64,000 nt of DNA from Felis catus (lineage: Eukaryota). The notes under the pieces were generated by a model that was not told the DNA's origin, made no database searches, and saw nothing but the letters and a program-made list of their open reading frames with translations. The stretch lies in assembly GCF_018350175.1 (NCBI RefSeq), contig NC_058368.1:154816001-154880000 (forward strand), written 5' to 3'. This document shows positions 40,927 to 54,655 of this stretch, piece by piece. Both the position numbers and the translations under genes were made by a program. Each line of letters begins with the position of its first letter. Positions within the stretch are counted from its first letter, which is position 1.

Positions 40927-41572
40927 TGTAACCCAGGCATACAATTTTAATAAATATGAAATTATCTCTTCCTCCATCTGTCTCTTCCTTCCTATAAGCA
41001 AATACCTGGCCATCTACTGGCCAAGGCTTTAGTGGTCCTTTTAACAGATGATGCAGTATAAAGGCAATCCCCTGTGCTTCCAAAACTAATCATTGAATCA
41101 GAGGTTAGTAAAGAGATGGCTGCTCCCTAGTGACCCCTCAGTTTCCTTTTTGGAAATCCCCTCCCTTCCTTTGTGTGTGCATTCCATGCCACTCCCTCCC
41201 TTCTACAAAAGTGAGGGGAGTCCAATCATTCTTTTTCCTGGAACACCAGTAGACCAGGAGGTTCTATCTAACACCTTAATTCTGTCAATTAGATCTTCAC
41301 TGCTAAGACATTGGGAGGAACTTGCATGACTCAAGAACAACTGTCCCCGTGATGACATTGTGACCACTTTATCTCAGCTGTTAGAAAGTTACTGTGGTAA
41401 TCCTGTCCTTCCTGAGTTCTCTTGAATCATGGGCTGAAGCCTGGTCTACAAGTGTCCTGTTAATTGTGTGAGCCTCCAGCCTCACCTTCATACTCTTCCA
41501 ATTAGTTCCCTTTCACTTTTGTTAACCAGAGTTGGTGTCTGTTACTTACAAGGAAGAACCATTACTGACATA
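40927..41572 (+). mobile_element. Old ERVL-class LTR (possibly LTR41-like)
   Basis: TG start (tgtaacccagg), TATA-like gtataaagg at ~41056, and an LTR-type 3' end (gttaaccagagttggtgtctgttacttacaag...actgaca). Confidence 0.45.
41005..41023 (-). promoter_or_regulatory. CTCF-motif match
   Basis: Minus strand TGGCCAGTAGATGGCCAGG fits the first 15 positions of the CTCF consensus TGGCCASYAGRKGGCRS. Confidence 0.35.
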
Positions 41573-42719
41573 TAATGCACGTAGTCATGAAAGACAGTTT
41601 ATAAAGTAAGATAATAGACGTGATATTCGGGAATGGCATAGACAAAAATCCCAATGTGTTTTAAGACAGGAAAGTGGCAGTGGCATCAGCTAATCGGGAA
41701 CGGATAGTAGAGATAGTGACACAAGGTTTCAGCAGGTGTGGTCAGGTGGATGATAACCAGTGGGCAGGGGGAAGGGGCAAAATGTGCCTAAGGCACAATC
41801 AATAGATAACTTCGATGAAATGGGGATTATCTCAGAGTATTCTTCCTGCCACAAACATTTCTTTAGTATTTTCTAGTGTGGGTGCTGCTGGAACCCAGTG
41901 TTAACGTCAGGTACCTGCCCCTGAGGAGCACAAAGTCCAGTCTCCCTTCAAGTAGAGAGGGACACTCTTGGAGTGGGCTAATAAAAGATTCTTGACTGCT
42001 GTCCCAAAGCTGTTCTCTGAGGAAGTAGTGTCTTCTCCAAAGTAAATCTTTGATGTCACCAAAGCATTATTTACAGGTGGAAAAGGGAAATAAATGCTAG
42101 GTTTAAATAAATGCATTTAAAACTGTAATGAGCAGACGTTTGCAACCTTCAAGGGTAGCACTCCATGAAAATTGTGAGAATTTCTAGCTTCAATTGGTTT
42201 TCACTTTAACACTTGAAGTAAGTGTAAAAGCATTCATAAAAAAGATATATAACCTATATGTGAAGAAAAATTTAATTTTACCATTGTGATAGCTTTATAT
42301 AGTTTTCTGAAAAATCCTTACTCATACGTCTGCTTCTTTCTGACAGATATTAGCCAGTTTTTATTATTTTTTTCCCTTCAGGACCCAGGTAAAGCAAAAG
42401 GGATTTCTATGGACCATCCTACTGTGAACACAGTTTATACCTTCTTTCTATATTTTGCTCTAATAATCAGTATTTACAATTTCGTTAAATGTAAAGAGCA
42501 ACTTCCTACTTGGTAATCAAACCGAACCTTCCCGCTGGAGGAACACGGGTGGCAAACAGCCATATGTACCGTAGTGGAACAGCTTCCCTATAGGGCATAG
42601 TTGAGGAGATACACGTGATTAATCATCTCATCTAGTACGAAGTAGGAATACCCACCATAGGCTACCTGTGCATAATTCCAAGGGTTGCTGATGAAGAAAA
42701 CTTCTCCACTTCACCCGAA

Positions 42720-43010
42720 CTTGAAACAATTGTCAAGAGTGATGTTTTTTCATGGCTGGAATTACACAGTGATGGCCATCTGGATATAATATAATTTATT
42801 GAGTCAATCCTGTACAGTTCGCATTTAGGTTGATTCTATTTTAATGACCTGGATTATCTGACCATTTATTTTGGATAAATTCCAAGCAGTAGAATCGTTC
42901 GTATCTATACATTTTCAAGGTTTTTGACTTATAGGGCATTTAATTTTTTTCCTTCAGAGAAATTATACCGATTTATACTCAACCAGCGCTGTGCGAGTCA
43001 CTGCTCCATT
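42720..43010 (-). mobile_element. Old L1 3' fragment
   Basis: atataatttattgagtcaatcc...catttaggttg...ggataaattccaagcagtagaa...ataccgatttatactc. Confidence 0.55.
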
Positions 43011-43319
43011 GTCTTCCGAACTGCAGTCCTGGAGCGCAGGTGGAGGAAGAACACGGTTGCGTCATTTCAGTTGTTGCATGAATATCTAACCTGAGTTTCC
43101 ATCCTCAGACAGAAAAGTGATAAAGTTCAAATTGCTAGGTTTTCAAATCCCTCTTTCCCTATTTCTCAATATTTGTTATATTAAGATAAACATCTCCTTC
43201 ATAAGTTTTAAATGATATAAATTTTCTATTTATATTTTATTTCATTTTTCTATTTAATAAGCTTCACTAAAATATCACCACAGAGTTTCGCTTCCCAGTG
43301 TGAGTTTCTCCATTCAACA

Positions 43320-43365
43320 CCTACCTATTAAACTATCTATCTATCTATCTGTCTATTTATCTATC
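43320..43365. repeat. (CTAT)n microsatellite
   Basis: Seen directly. Confidence 0.85.
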
Positions 43366-44177
43366 ATCATCGTCATTTTTCTATTTACGCAAAGGGAAAT
43401 TCAGAGTTTGGATATTTCCCACCTATACTCATCCTCACATCTGTGTCTGCTCATTTCATTCCTCTTCCAGAAAAGGCCCTTTCTCCTTTCCCAGACCTAT
43501 TCTAAACCTCCTTTCCTTCAATCCAGAGTACAAGTCCCCTTGTCTGCCATGCCACTTCCCTGGCACCTGGCTCTCAGTAATTATTTGCTCAAATTCTCAG
43601 CCCTGACACTATATCATTATAAGCTACAGGATGAATATTGGCTAAAATACAGTGAGTAATGCATTTAGGCTGAATAGATTTCAGAAGGAAAGCATTTATC
43701 ACCTAATATTTTAAGAATGACTGTCAGCTGGGTATTTTATCACTTGAACACCTTTCTCTTCATCATCAAAGAAACTAACAGTTTTCATAAGAATAAATAG
43801 CACAGAAAATAATCATCATATTCATAAAATAAGTGAACCATTCTTTCATGATGATGACAATCTACATAGATTTTTATATTTTTAAGACCCTGAGTTTTTT
43901 CCTTGAACTCTTAACCAGAAATTGTCAAGATAGGGCTGACCTATGGGTCACTATTTTTCAAAATAATTGGAATTCCTCAACTGTATAGTGGGTACCTTAT
44001 TAAATATAAATGAAATGAAGAATTAAATATCTTCATTTTGAAAAGGCTCTAGTATGAAGTAGTTACTATTCACTACATAATTCTTTCTACTTTCTGACTA
44101 TCATTAAGAAAAACTTTTCACACAGTTACTGAAGAGTAATCTTTAATTTTGGGTCATTTGAGTTCTCCCCGAGAAAA

Positions 44178-44222
44178 AACTAACTAACTAACTAAATAAA
44201 TAAATAAATAATAAACAAATAA
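44178..44222. repeat. (AACT)n(AAAT)n microsatellite
   Basis: Seen directly. Confidence 0.85.
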
Positions 44223-44949
44223 GATAGAGTTCTGTTCTTTTAACATGCACATATTTAATTTCATGTGTTAAAAGTTAAAAGTTGGCCTCTTGTTTCCTCT
44301 CACATTCAATCTTTGGCTCATATCAGTGTCCCACATAACTTCCATGCCCTAATAACCAAAAGCAATATTAGATTAATCTTGTATTCTAAAACAATTTTAT
44401 CTGTGACTTTCAAGTTTCATGGCTATAAGTGTATCGGTATCAATTATGACAGGAAGATTTTTAAATGTATTGTTTACCTTAGGAGATTTTTCATGAAGAC
44501 CATTATCAAAGGCAGTAGAAATATAATCACTATAAAGAAAGACCATACAAAAATACTCTTCAGGTGTTGGATATAATCATTTCTGCTCAACCTTCTAAAA
44601 TAAATATGCAAATACTGCAGTTTAAGGTATACCTGCTATAAGTAAAAAATGAAAACAGAATTCAACAATCTTGTTCACTTACTTGTGCAAACATAGATTT
44701 CATATGCAACTGAGGAAAAGTCTCATATGATCAGTTTGTTAAATAGCCTACACATAGGTTGCTTGAAGACTGACTTGAAGTCTACATAAGACGAGTGTTT
44801 CCTGTCAAGTACTCTGCATTTCTGAACTTAAAAGTAAAACAAAAGGTGGTTCATATTTCATTGTGAAATATACAGCATTCTTTCATGTTCAACCTTTTAA
44901 GATTTTTTTTTTCCTTCATAGCAGGCAAAAGACAAAAGATGTAACAAGG

Positions 44950-45323
44950 AAATTAACTTTCTCCTGTTTTTCTTGTTTTATTTCACTCGCACTCTCTTCC
45001 TTCTCTCTTCATCTCTCTCTAAAGATTGGAAATGTGTAGTAACACCTGCTGGGGCGGTAACAGCAGTTGAGCTTTGCCTGAATAATGCCCTGTGAGTGCT
45101 TAGAGGGACACAGATCACTGTCTCCATACTCCTTCCGCTCATCGCATGGTTACACCTGGCTTCAGAAGGTTGGCCACAATGAACTGTCTTCATGCCCACC
45201 ATGGCAAGACCTCGAAACTTGGAGCTCTGGGCAGTGGTGTCCCTTCCGTAGCCCAGCGGAACTGAGAATAGAATCTTTGTCCTTCCACCACAGATGGTCA
45301 ACCGACTGGAGTGTGCCAGTAAT
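44950..45323 (-). other. Candidate (alternative) terminal exon of an unidentified minus-strand transcript
   Basis: Acceptor cttggcctccttctcag|ATTACT at 45323; GC/CpG-richer body; AATAAA at 44982-44977 with a downstream ttttgtcttttg GU-rich element. Confidence 0.35.
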
Positions 45324-48233
45324 CTGAGAAGGAGGCCAAGCTTATTTTAATTACAAATTACCCCGTCACTTCACGTTTGTTATCTCTCTGTACCTGTAGT
45401 TCATGCAGCAGACAACTTAATACACATGATTTAAATAATCATCAAAACCTTCTCTGTTTCGGCACTTTCCACCTTTCTCTGGAAAGCCTGCACGTTTGTA
45501 GGGATTTATAACTGCAAGTGCCTGAAGTCAAGTTTCAGTTCTAGCAAACGTGGGGTAGATGCGACTTTAAAACAAACTGATCAGACATTGGAACAACAAA
45601 GACCGGAGGATTAAGGCAGTCTCTGAAGATGAAAGTGTAAAGAGATCTTGGGGGAAAATCGCTTGTGAGAAGCCTTTTAAAAATCAAACAGAAAAACTCT
45701 CATCAGTGGGCTCCTGCTCCTTTTTTAGAATTTTAGCAACATGTGCAAAGGGTTTTATTTATCAAGTCAGATCTCCCATGCTTTAAATAAAAAAAAATTT
45801 TTTAAGCGAAAGCCAGGTTCATAACCCTTCAGCAGTTTCCCCAAAGTTACTTAGCACTATTGTCACTAGAAAAACATCTCATAATTTCAGAACATTTTCC
45901 AGCAAAAAATACACGGAACTGAAGAGAAACCCATGTGCCCATGTGGAAATACTTAGCTGCTTCTCCTATACTGAACTGTGCGCGTTCACAGAGAACACAT
46001 GACATATTTCCTTGTTATGTATACACTTTTTTTTGTTCAACAATGCCAAAAAGTGATAACTTGGAGACTGAGAATTATACTGACAGTCACCTGTCATTCA
46101 TTGTCCTTTATTCTGACAACCTCAGGCATTCAGGCATGGATTTATGGGTTTTGCCCCCTTTTGCTTTATTTTTAAAGGAGTTGGGGGATGGGGGAGAATA
46201 TCAGAGGATTCAGTCCTGAATAGACTTTTGTTTTGCTCTTTCTTTTACCTCTTGACTGTGTCAAATGCAGTGTGTCCCTCATGCAGTTTCTCTCTTTAGA
46301 GAGCCTCGGCTGGGCCAGCTAGTTAGTATTCAGAGACAAGGCAAAGAGGATAAAATTCTTCTCTCTGCTTGCTGAGACTGCAAATAAGCAATTAGACTAA
46401 AAGCAATGTATTAGAGAAAGAAGGCCATCGCAGACATCATTGTTGACTGGAACCTGCCAATATAACTTTAAAATTGTAAAAACTTCATAGCAAGGAGAAA
46501 TAGTCACTTAGAGGCACATAAGTTGGTTAAGACACTAAGTCCGTATTCGCTACAGACATTTCTGCTGTGTAATGTACTCTGTGAACTGTAAGGTTTTCCA
46601 TTTAATCTTGTTTACTTATTGTAATGAGAAACAAATGGTTGAAATTAGCAATGGTGATAGAAAAATTCAACCTTTTATAGTATTGCGTGTTATGAAAACA
46701 TTTTCTAGATTGGCATGTTACTCCCATTTTCATTTGAGCACACTTTAAAGGACTGTAATGGAGGTCTGAAGGTTACAAACTGTTTTATGTCTAACCGAGT
46801 AATATCATAGATCTCTGCTGAAGAGTTAGATGAGAGGTTTAAAACAATATATGCCAGCCTTTTGCTAGGTATCAATGATAGCATATGAGGTAGTGCTTAA
46901 GAAACTTCTTCCTCCCTTTAATATAGAGATTGCATGCTGGGTTCTAGCGATTGATGCATTTCCTGTGCAAATGCTCAAATGCAGCTACTCCGTTAATTAC
47001 ATTGGGATTGCCTAATTCCATTTTGTCATAGACCAATCTTCAGTGAGCCTTCACGATTGTCCAAATGATGGGAGGTAGCAAGTAGACCTTCCTGATTCGA
47101 TATATTTAATCCATCTCTTTTTCCTTTTTCCTCCCTCATCCTTCCAAACCACATTTCCCGAAAGTTGAGAAATGCTAGCCTGATGAATTTATTTTTACAT
47201 TTTCTAAGCCAGGAAAAAGAAAGGAATCTGGATTATTGACATTCTTTACCGGAACTACAGTAGACTAGAGTTAGCAGAAAAAACTGCTAATCATCACAGT
47301 TTTCGTGTTGGAAGCAATTTGCCTATAATTAGTAAGTTGATAAATACCAACAAAATGGGTGCTAAAACGAACAACTCTTGTGCTGAGAGACATTTGACTC
47401 TACATTACACTTTGCATTTTTATATATGCAGCATTACATTTTGTTACAAAGAGCGACAACTTTAGTGGCAGCTGAAATGCTCTAATCTGTCTTCTGAAGG
47501 AAAGCAGACATACATCTTAATATAACGACTTCTTTTATAAAACGTATCTTTTTTGGAGGAGTAAGCAATGCAAGGATAAGGAAAGAAGTTGGTGTTTTAT
47601 TTATTTTATATAAAATGGTAGCAGAAGACAGAAGACTTGTTTTGCTAGAAAATGAAATGCCATAGCATGGAAGATTAAACGGTACCATTGACTTCAGGTG
47701 TATTCTTCATTGGTAATACCAAATGCATACTTGTGTGTAGATATTTCTTTACTACATTTCGTGTTAAATGATCATCGTATGAAATGTTTCAACTGCATTT
47801 AGAATCAAGCACATGGTCATTCTGGTTCGATCCAAACAAGGAAAAGTGTGTGGTGTACTAATATGTGAGACAAATGTTTAATTCAAATAAGCAAGACATG
47901 GTATATTATATCTTTAAAATCAAATATCTTTATATGTCTGAAATGTTTTAATAAAACGCTGGCTTTTCAAAGGTCTAAATCATAATAGGTATGTTATATG
48001 TAATGAATAAAAGAATATGATAGCTTTATCCATGGTATGCTGAAATTCTGACTCGCATTGTTATCAGAAAACATAATACCACAAAATATTCAATCTATGT
48101 GATCTGATAGAACAAAAGAGATTATCCTAAACAAATTGTGAGGGTGTAAATTGAAAAAAAAAATTTCTTTATGTGAACGGGATTGGGAAAAAACTACACC
48201 TTGTTAGTGCTTTTTAAAAGCCTGGTGTTTACT

Positions 48234-48479
48234 GGGGTGCCTGAGTGGCTCAGTTGGTTGAGCGTCCAACTTCAGCTCAGGTCATGATCTCATGGTTTGT
48301 GAGTTCGAGCCCCGAGAAGGGCTCTGTGCTGTCAGCTCGGAGCCTGGAGCCTGCTTCGGATTCTGTGTCTCCTTCTCTCTCTGTCCCTCCCCCACTTGTG
48401 CTGTCTCTCTCTCTGTCTCTCAAAAATAAATAAATGTAATAAAAATTTTTAAAATAAATAAATAATAAAAAAATAAAAT
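48234..48479 (+). mobile_element. CanSINE (SINEC_Fc-type)
   Basis: TSD aaaagcctggtgtttac (48216) / aaaagtctggtgtttac (48480). Confidence 0.96.
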
Positions 48480-50374
48480 AAAAGTCTGGTGTTTACAGAC
48501 CTAATTTTAAGAGTATCCTTATCTACAGCTAATTAACTTGATTAGCACACGAGATTCTCTGAGGTCTTGCAGAATCTTTATACTAACAGACCATGTGGTA
48601 AATGGATTGATTTCTAGTTATCAAGCATCTTCTAATATATCCCTTATATTCTTGCATTCAAATACATTTGACTAAGTTTGCTCTTCATTTCCTTTTAACA
48701 GTATACCTTTTGTACTCCTACATACTGAATGAGACAGTAAGAAATGACCACCGGCAAAACAAATACACGTTTTCCTTCCCCTCTTCAGAACATTCTATAG
48801 TGGGTGGTAAAATATTTAAGCCATTTCGAAGTCATGTGAACTATCCCAAATATGTCAGGAAAGAAGAGGCTGCAATTCATTATTTTTCTGCAGTGAATCC
48901 ACATGAAAGAAAATAATTTTAAAGGCCTAAGTAGCTTTGTTTTCATTTACAGTTCATGTCATTAATTTCACACCATGAGCATTTTGCTTATTTGAGGTAC
49001 AGCATACCTTTGATCAGTAGCAGATTGATCATTATGCAATAAAAAGGCAGAGATTTTGAGGAACTGTGTATTGCAGTTATTTGTGAAGTACATGTTCCAT
49101 CTCATTTATTATTATTGATATCATTATTACTTTTATTATCATTATTGTTTTCCTTCATATCCATCCCGGTTGAAGCCTGGGCTTGAATTCGTTGGGCACA
49201 TATGGTTTTAATGATGATTTATTATACGATGGGCTCAAAATTAATTTCGCAAATGTAAATTTTTCATGGTATGTTATTTGATAAAAAAGGTAAATATTTT
49301 CATACTTAAATTTAACTTTATAACTCCTTTTTAAAAGCCTTTCTCTTACCTATTTTCCAAATTCAAGAGCAAGAGAGTTTGAGATTAAAGAGTGAAGCTA
49401 TGCAGTTTGGATCTGGTCAATTTTGCTGCCATTTTTTCTTCACCAATATTATTTGATTCATTGTAGGTCCTCTTCCTTCCACATACGACTCCATTTAAGA
49501 GACAGCAAGTGCTGTTTAGCCTATCTTGGTGGAGTATTTATTCCTTTCTAAAACAAAGTTACCTATAGTGAGCTGCAAGTGTCTTTCTTTGTGCTTGGTT
49601 TATTCCCAACCTTTTTTTGCCATTCAAAAACAATGCTGACACATGCATGAAATGACAAATAGCATTAGTGTAATAAAGGAGTTAAACCAAACCCAAAGCA
49701 CGGTCATATATTAAATTGTTTTTAAAAATACTGACCTAAGCACCTCTCTGAGATGTTATTAGTAAAATGTGAAGAAGAAGAAAAAAGACATTTGGAAGTG
49801 AGATGTGCTCTCCTTTGTCGCCTGTATAATTGCTGATTTGCCATCATGTTTGCTTGCGATGCCTTTGTCAGATATTATTTCATGTCTCTTTGTCAAAGGA
49901 GAGGTTTTGAAGCCTTTTTTCTGCATCTGGGCAACTGCTGTTCAGGGCTCAGACCAAGCCTCCCAGGGTTACAGCAATGTGTCCAAAAAGCTTTGGGTAA
50001 AAAAATCTTTTAAGCAGCCCCTCATTTCCACTCACCAGGCCAATGCATATGTTTTACCAAAAGAAAACTTCTAACATTTCCACATCGGCTTCAAACACCG
50101 TAAGTGTAACGTAGTGTCGAATTTTCATTAAGACCTAGTGTTGAATAATAACTTGCTCACCCCCCTACCGAAGGATCGCAATCGAATGCAACTGTTATGT
50201 CATCTTCCCTGGTAAGTGGTGATTTTCGAGAATTTGATGATTTATAAGGCTTTTCTAAAAATACTTCGCATTTGTAAGTAGATACTTCCCAACACATAGT
50301 AAGTCCATACAGAGTCAGATGGAGTAAAAAGAAGTTTCTTTTTCACCCATTTACTTCATCCTGGGGAGTTCAGC

Positions 50375-50397
50375 AAAAAAAAAAAAAAAAAAAAAAA
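50375..50397. repeat. Poly(A) run
   Basis: Uninterrupted run of >20 A, with no SINE body upstream. Confidence 0.9.
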
Positions 50398-53300
50398 CGC
50401 TATGGTAAAGCTTTTCATATCAGCAAGCAAAAACAGGAAACGAAATAATTGTGGAATATACAATAATAGGACTATTTTCTGCACAAATCCAACTAGGAGG
50501 AGAACTATTCAATTAGGCCTCACGGTTACTTTTAATGAGGGTTGTTGTGGAATAAGTGGAAACATCTGTTACCATGAACCACCACAGTGGCTACACAAGA
50601 GAAAAACAGTTCTCTTTTCTATTGATTGGGACTGGTCTTCACGGAACATTCTTATTAGTATGCTTAGAACAACCATGCAAATCTCTAACCCAAATTAATT
50701 ATTCTTGGCATTCCCAAGAGATAATCCCACGGTCATTTTTTACCAAAGTCAGGGAGCAGGGGAACCCTTTTTCTGGACATATTTTACTATGGTTAGTGAT
50801 GCCTAATTGTCCTACTGTATGCTGCCTTATTTTACCAGCTACAGACTGAATTCATTCCCATTCTCTCCTTAAAAGTTTGAAACCCCCTAGTGACAGGAAT
50901 ATTAATGTGCCAACACTGTCATATCTATTTCAGCTCATACATATGCAATGTCTTTGTTTTCAAAGATTTATGTCAGACTTTGCTGAAGTGAGGTATTCTA
51001 CCATTTTAGATAATAGCATGCCAAAGTGATGTTATCAGCCACATTCAGCACTCACTCAAGCAAACGGGAGGAGCATCCATTCCTTCATGGCTTAAACTCA
51101 TAGAAACTGTTATTTATCCTTATTTGATGAGAAAGTCTTTCAGGGGGAAATGGTGTATTTTTAGAAGAAGATTATGGCCATCCTGTGGATTATCTTTTAA
51201 TTAAGAATGGATGATTTGTGCCCACTCTGCTGTAGCAAACGTCTTGCTGCTAATGAAGTTTAAAAAGACTTACTTTATTTAATTACAGCTAATCACCAGG
51301 GTAAAATGTGGAATTTTCTTTGATCCTACATGTATTGTGGTAATCCCTTTGGCAGATAGCATCTCCTCAAAATATTTTTGAGTTTTTTTGGCGGTCACAT
51401 CTTAGCAGAAGGTGGAACCACCTCACACTGAAGAATTTCTTTCATTCCCTCTGTAGTCGCCTACCCTGGCATAAAAATTCCATGAAATTTTCTTACAAGT
51501 TGAGATGGTCCTTTAGACAGAGAGTGTGGAAGTCTTCACGTATTTGAATCCTTTACTTTGTCTGATATCCAGAATGGGGTTCTTTTCTCTTGTTCAATGA
51601 TTTAATTCAACTCACATCATTGGCCAGTGTTAATGTGCCCAACACTGGGCCGAGCACTGGGACTAGAAACATACAGAGAACACAGACCGACAATAAGCCA
51701 ACCTTTACAGATGAACCGTGTTCACTTTCTGCTGCATCCATTCCATGTGGACATAAATATGTAAATGTGCTGTAAACCCAGGGGTGGCTTTGTCTTTGGT
51801 TTAAAACCAGGAATGGCTTTGTCTTTGGTTTGGTTTGTTTCTAATCACCAGAATGCCATTATTTTGCTTACTTGAAACTTCTAAGATGAAGCAGGGCTCT
51901 ACCTTTTATTTTCCTCCTCTATCACTACCCTCTGGAATCAAGTACGGTATATATGTTAACCCCCTTTATTCCTTCCTGAATCTCAAAGAAAATTCTTTTC
52001 AAGAATATTTCTTAAGCCAGTTCTGATTCTGGGTGATAGCTGTCCCTGATTTTTCATCTTTATAAACACCAGACTTAATCGCTCCCACTAAAAGTAAAAA
52101 TAAAATCTTGGGTGTGCGTCTTACATTTACTCTTTTGATTATAAGTTATCTTTTTTTTTTTAAAGTGCAAGCCCATCCCCAAAAAACTAATAAGCACGGT
52201 TTATGTTTTTAATCTCAAAGATGTCATCCTATTTTTTCAAAAAATTACCTTTTTCTCCTTTTTCTGTGTTTTTATTCTGTAATCTTCCGTCCTTTTGATC
52301 CAGACAATGTAGGCTTGTTTGGCATAAAGGCCCTGAAGGGCAAGGTTGGCTCCCTGAGGAAGAGAAGAAAAACTGCCAGTGGGTGGCAGAACAGGGTACC
52401 AACCTGCCCTACTCCACCCCAACCGCCCACACTCACTTAGAGATGGGGTCAAAAACAGCATCTGAACAGAATAAATGGACTGTTTTTTTTTTTTTTAACT
52501 TTCCTGGAAAATGACTATATCTAAACTAATCAAAATGAAAGAAATATAGGTCTTGGTACAACTTTTTCATGACTTGACATTTGGCTGGTTTTGAGAATAT
52601 AAAAAAAGAATACCCAGCATTCCCCCAAACAGAATTCACACCGAGGCAAATAATTTCTTTCGAAATAGTGTAAAATAATCTATTAAATCATTTATCATTT
52701 TTAACTTCAGAAGAAGAAGTCATCTGGGCAGAACTATTTGCTACGCATCTCCAAATATTTTCTGCTCTGTTTAACAAATGTGAGTTTCTATGAATTCTTT
52801 TGGTTTGCCAGGACTCCAGCAGATTTAAAGCAGGTTTGTTGTGAAATCAATGCGAGGTCTCTATCTCACACCTAGGGTTCCACTATCACACAACAATGAG
52901 AACTCTCTCCTCATGCCTGCATATGAGGACTTACACAAATCCCTCCAGGCATCCTTCACACTGCCCCGCACCCAGGGAGGGGGAATCTCTGGACCACTCC
53001 ACCCAGAACTCGCCTCATCCTAGCAGTGGGCATTTAGACTTACAAAGTAATTAAGTTGAGAGGAAGATCTTCCAAAGTGCAATTCACGTCGTAAAAAAAT
53101 TAAACATTATAAAGTTGGAGAAGCAAAACAGAATTTGTGGTTAGTTCCTGTAATATATTAAACATCTGCAGTTTTGTCTCCTTATCAGGATGTGGGGTTG
53201 TGCTGAAGTCACATCCTGATAACATCTGCACATTACGGATAGTTTTCGCTTTATTCTTTGTGGTCCGTTGATGAGAGATTCTTTAACATCCCTTCAGTCA

Positions 53301-54139
53301 TCAAGACCCCAGTTGAATTTCTTTGCTTGTGACAGCCTTAAAGGTGGTCTCATTTACATTTGCGAAAATGTCACAATATAGAAAGATATTTTCAGTTTGA
53401 TGTTTCATCCCTTCCTTTTTTTATCCGGATGCTAGTTTTAGCTTTTCAAATGAATGTCGATCTCAAAATAGATTTTCCATGAAATATATTTTGTCTGATT
53501 TTTGAAACACCATGTCTACTGCAGAAGATTTTTTTTTCCCAAAAAAGTTTCAGCGATGGATGGCGCCTCTGCTTCTGCTTTGCGCTGTGGGAACAGCTGC
53601 GCGCCACGTAAGGGCTGGCTGGTGTGAGGCCCAGTAACACAGCGTGCACCCTTTATCGGAAAAGGTCAGGTATTGACTGGATCCCTAATGACCCCAATTA
53701 CATCTGAGCTGAGTAAACAGTCAATAAACAATGACATTAACATCTGTAGAAAAAGCATTTACTTTAAATTTCCACGATGATTGGCAACACCCTCTGCAGC
53801 TCCAGGAAGTCTTTGAGATTCTAGAGGTTTTAAAAGAAGATGGAACCATGGAAAGTTACAGCATCTATCTCAATAATCTTAAGATAGCTAAAAGGCTCGT
53901 TCATAATGCTGAATACATCTTTCTTGATGCAGCCAGCCTAGGGTTAATGGCAAAGACAACCTTACGGAGCCCTATTACCTACACATTTTAAAAGGATTAT
54001 TTGCTTCTGAGTGGTCATTTTCTTGATCAATTTAGTGGATACTTTTCTGTACCTACCTGGAATTCAAAGAGTTGGATAAGTTGTTTTCCCGGCACTCTTT
54101 TTAAGGGTTGAGATCATATTCATAAAGCATACCCTTTTT

Positions 54140-54655
54140 TAAATTTCCAAATATTTGGAGATTTTTCTCTATATTATTGACTTCTAATATAAATCTGTTG
54201 TGGTTAGAGAATATACTCTGTGCAATTTCCCTTTTTGTAAAAATAAATCATTTATTTTTTTCACCTGTGCTATTGTCTCTCTTGGTCAACTTCCCATATG
54301 TACTTGAAAAGAATGTGTATTCTGCCGTGTTGGGTGGAATGTTCTATAAAATACTGTTTGGGCCAAGAGTTTTGACAGAACTGTCCAAATTTTCTATATC
54401 TTTACTGATATATTTTGTCTATATGTTCTATCAGTTACTGAGAGTGGAGTATTAAAAATGTCTAGCTGTGATTGTGGATTTAAGTGCATCTTCTTTGCTT
54501 CACAGATTTTGAGACTCTTTTATTAGACGAATACACATTTAAGATGTCTTCTTGATAAACTGACCCTTTTATCATTATGAAATGCCCTCTTTATTTCTGG
54601 CAATACTCCTTCTCTTGAAGTCACTTAGTCTGATATTAATATAACCACACAGCTA
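54140..54655 (-). mobile_element. Old L1 ORF2 (endonuclease-region) fragment
   Basis: gtacttgaaaagaatgtgtattctgccgtgttgggtggaatgttctata...gacccttttatcattatgaaatgccc...tctgatattaatataaccac. Confidence 0.85.

Noticed and set aside
52304..52440. Plus-strand acceptor followed by an open frame (NVGLFGIKALKGKVGSLRKRRK...)
   Set aside because: No good donor, no recognised homology, no partner exons.
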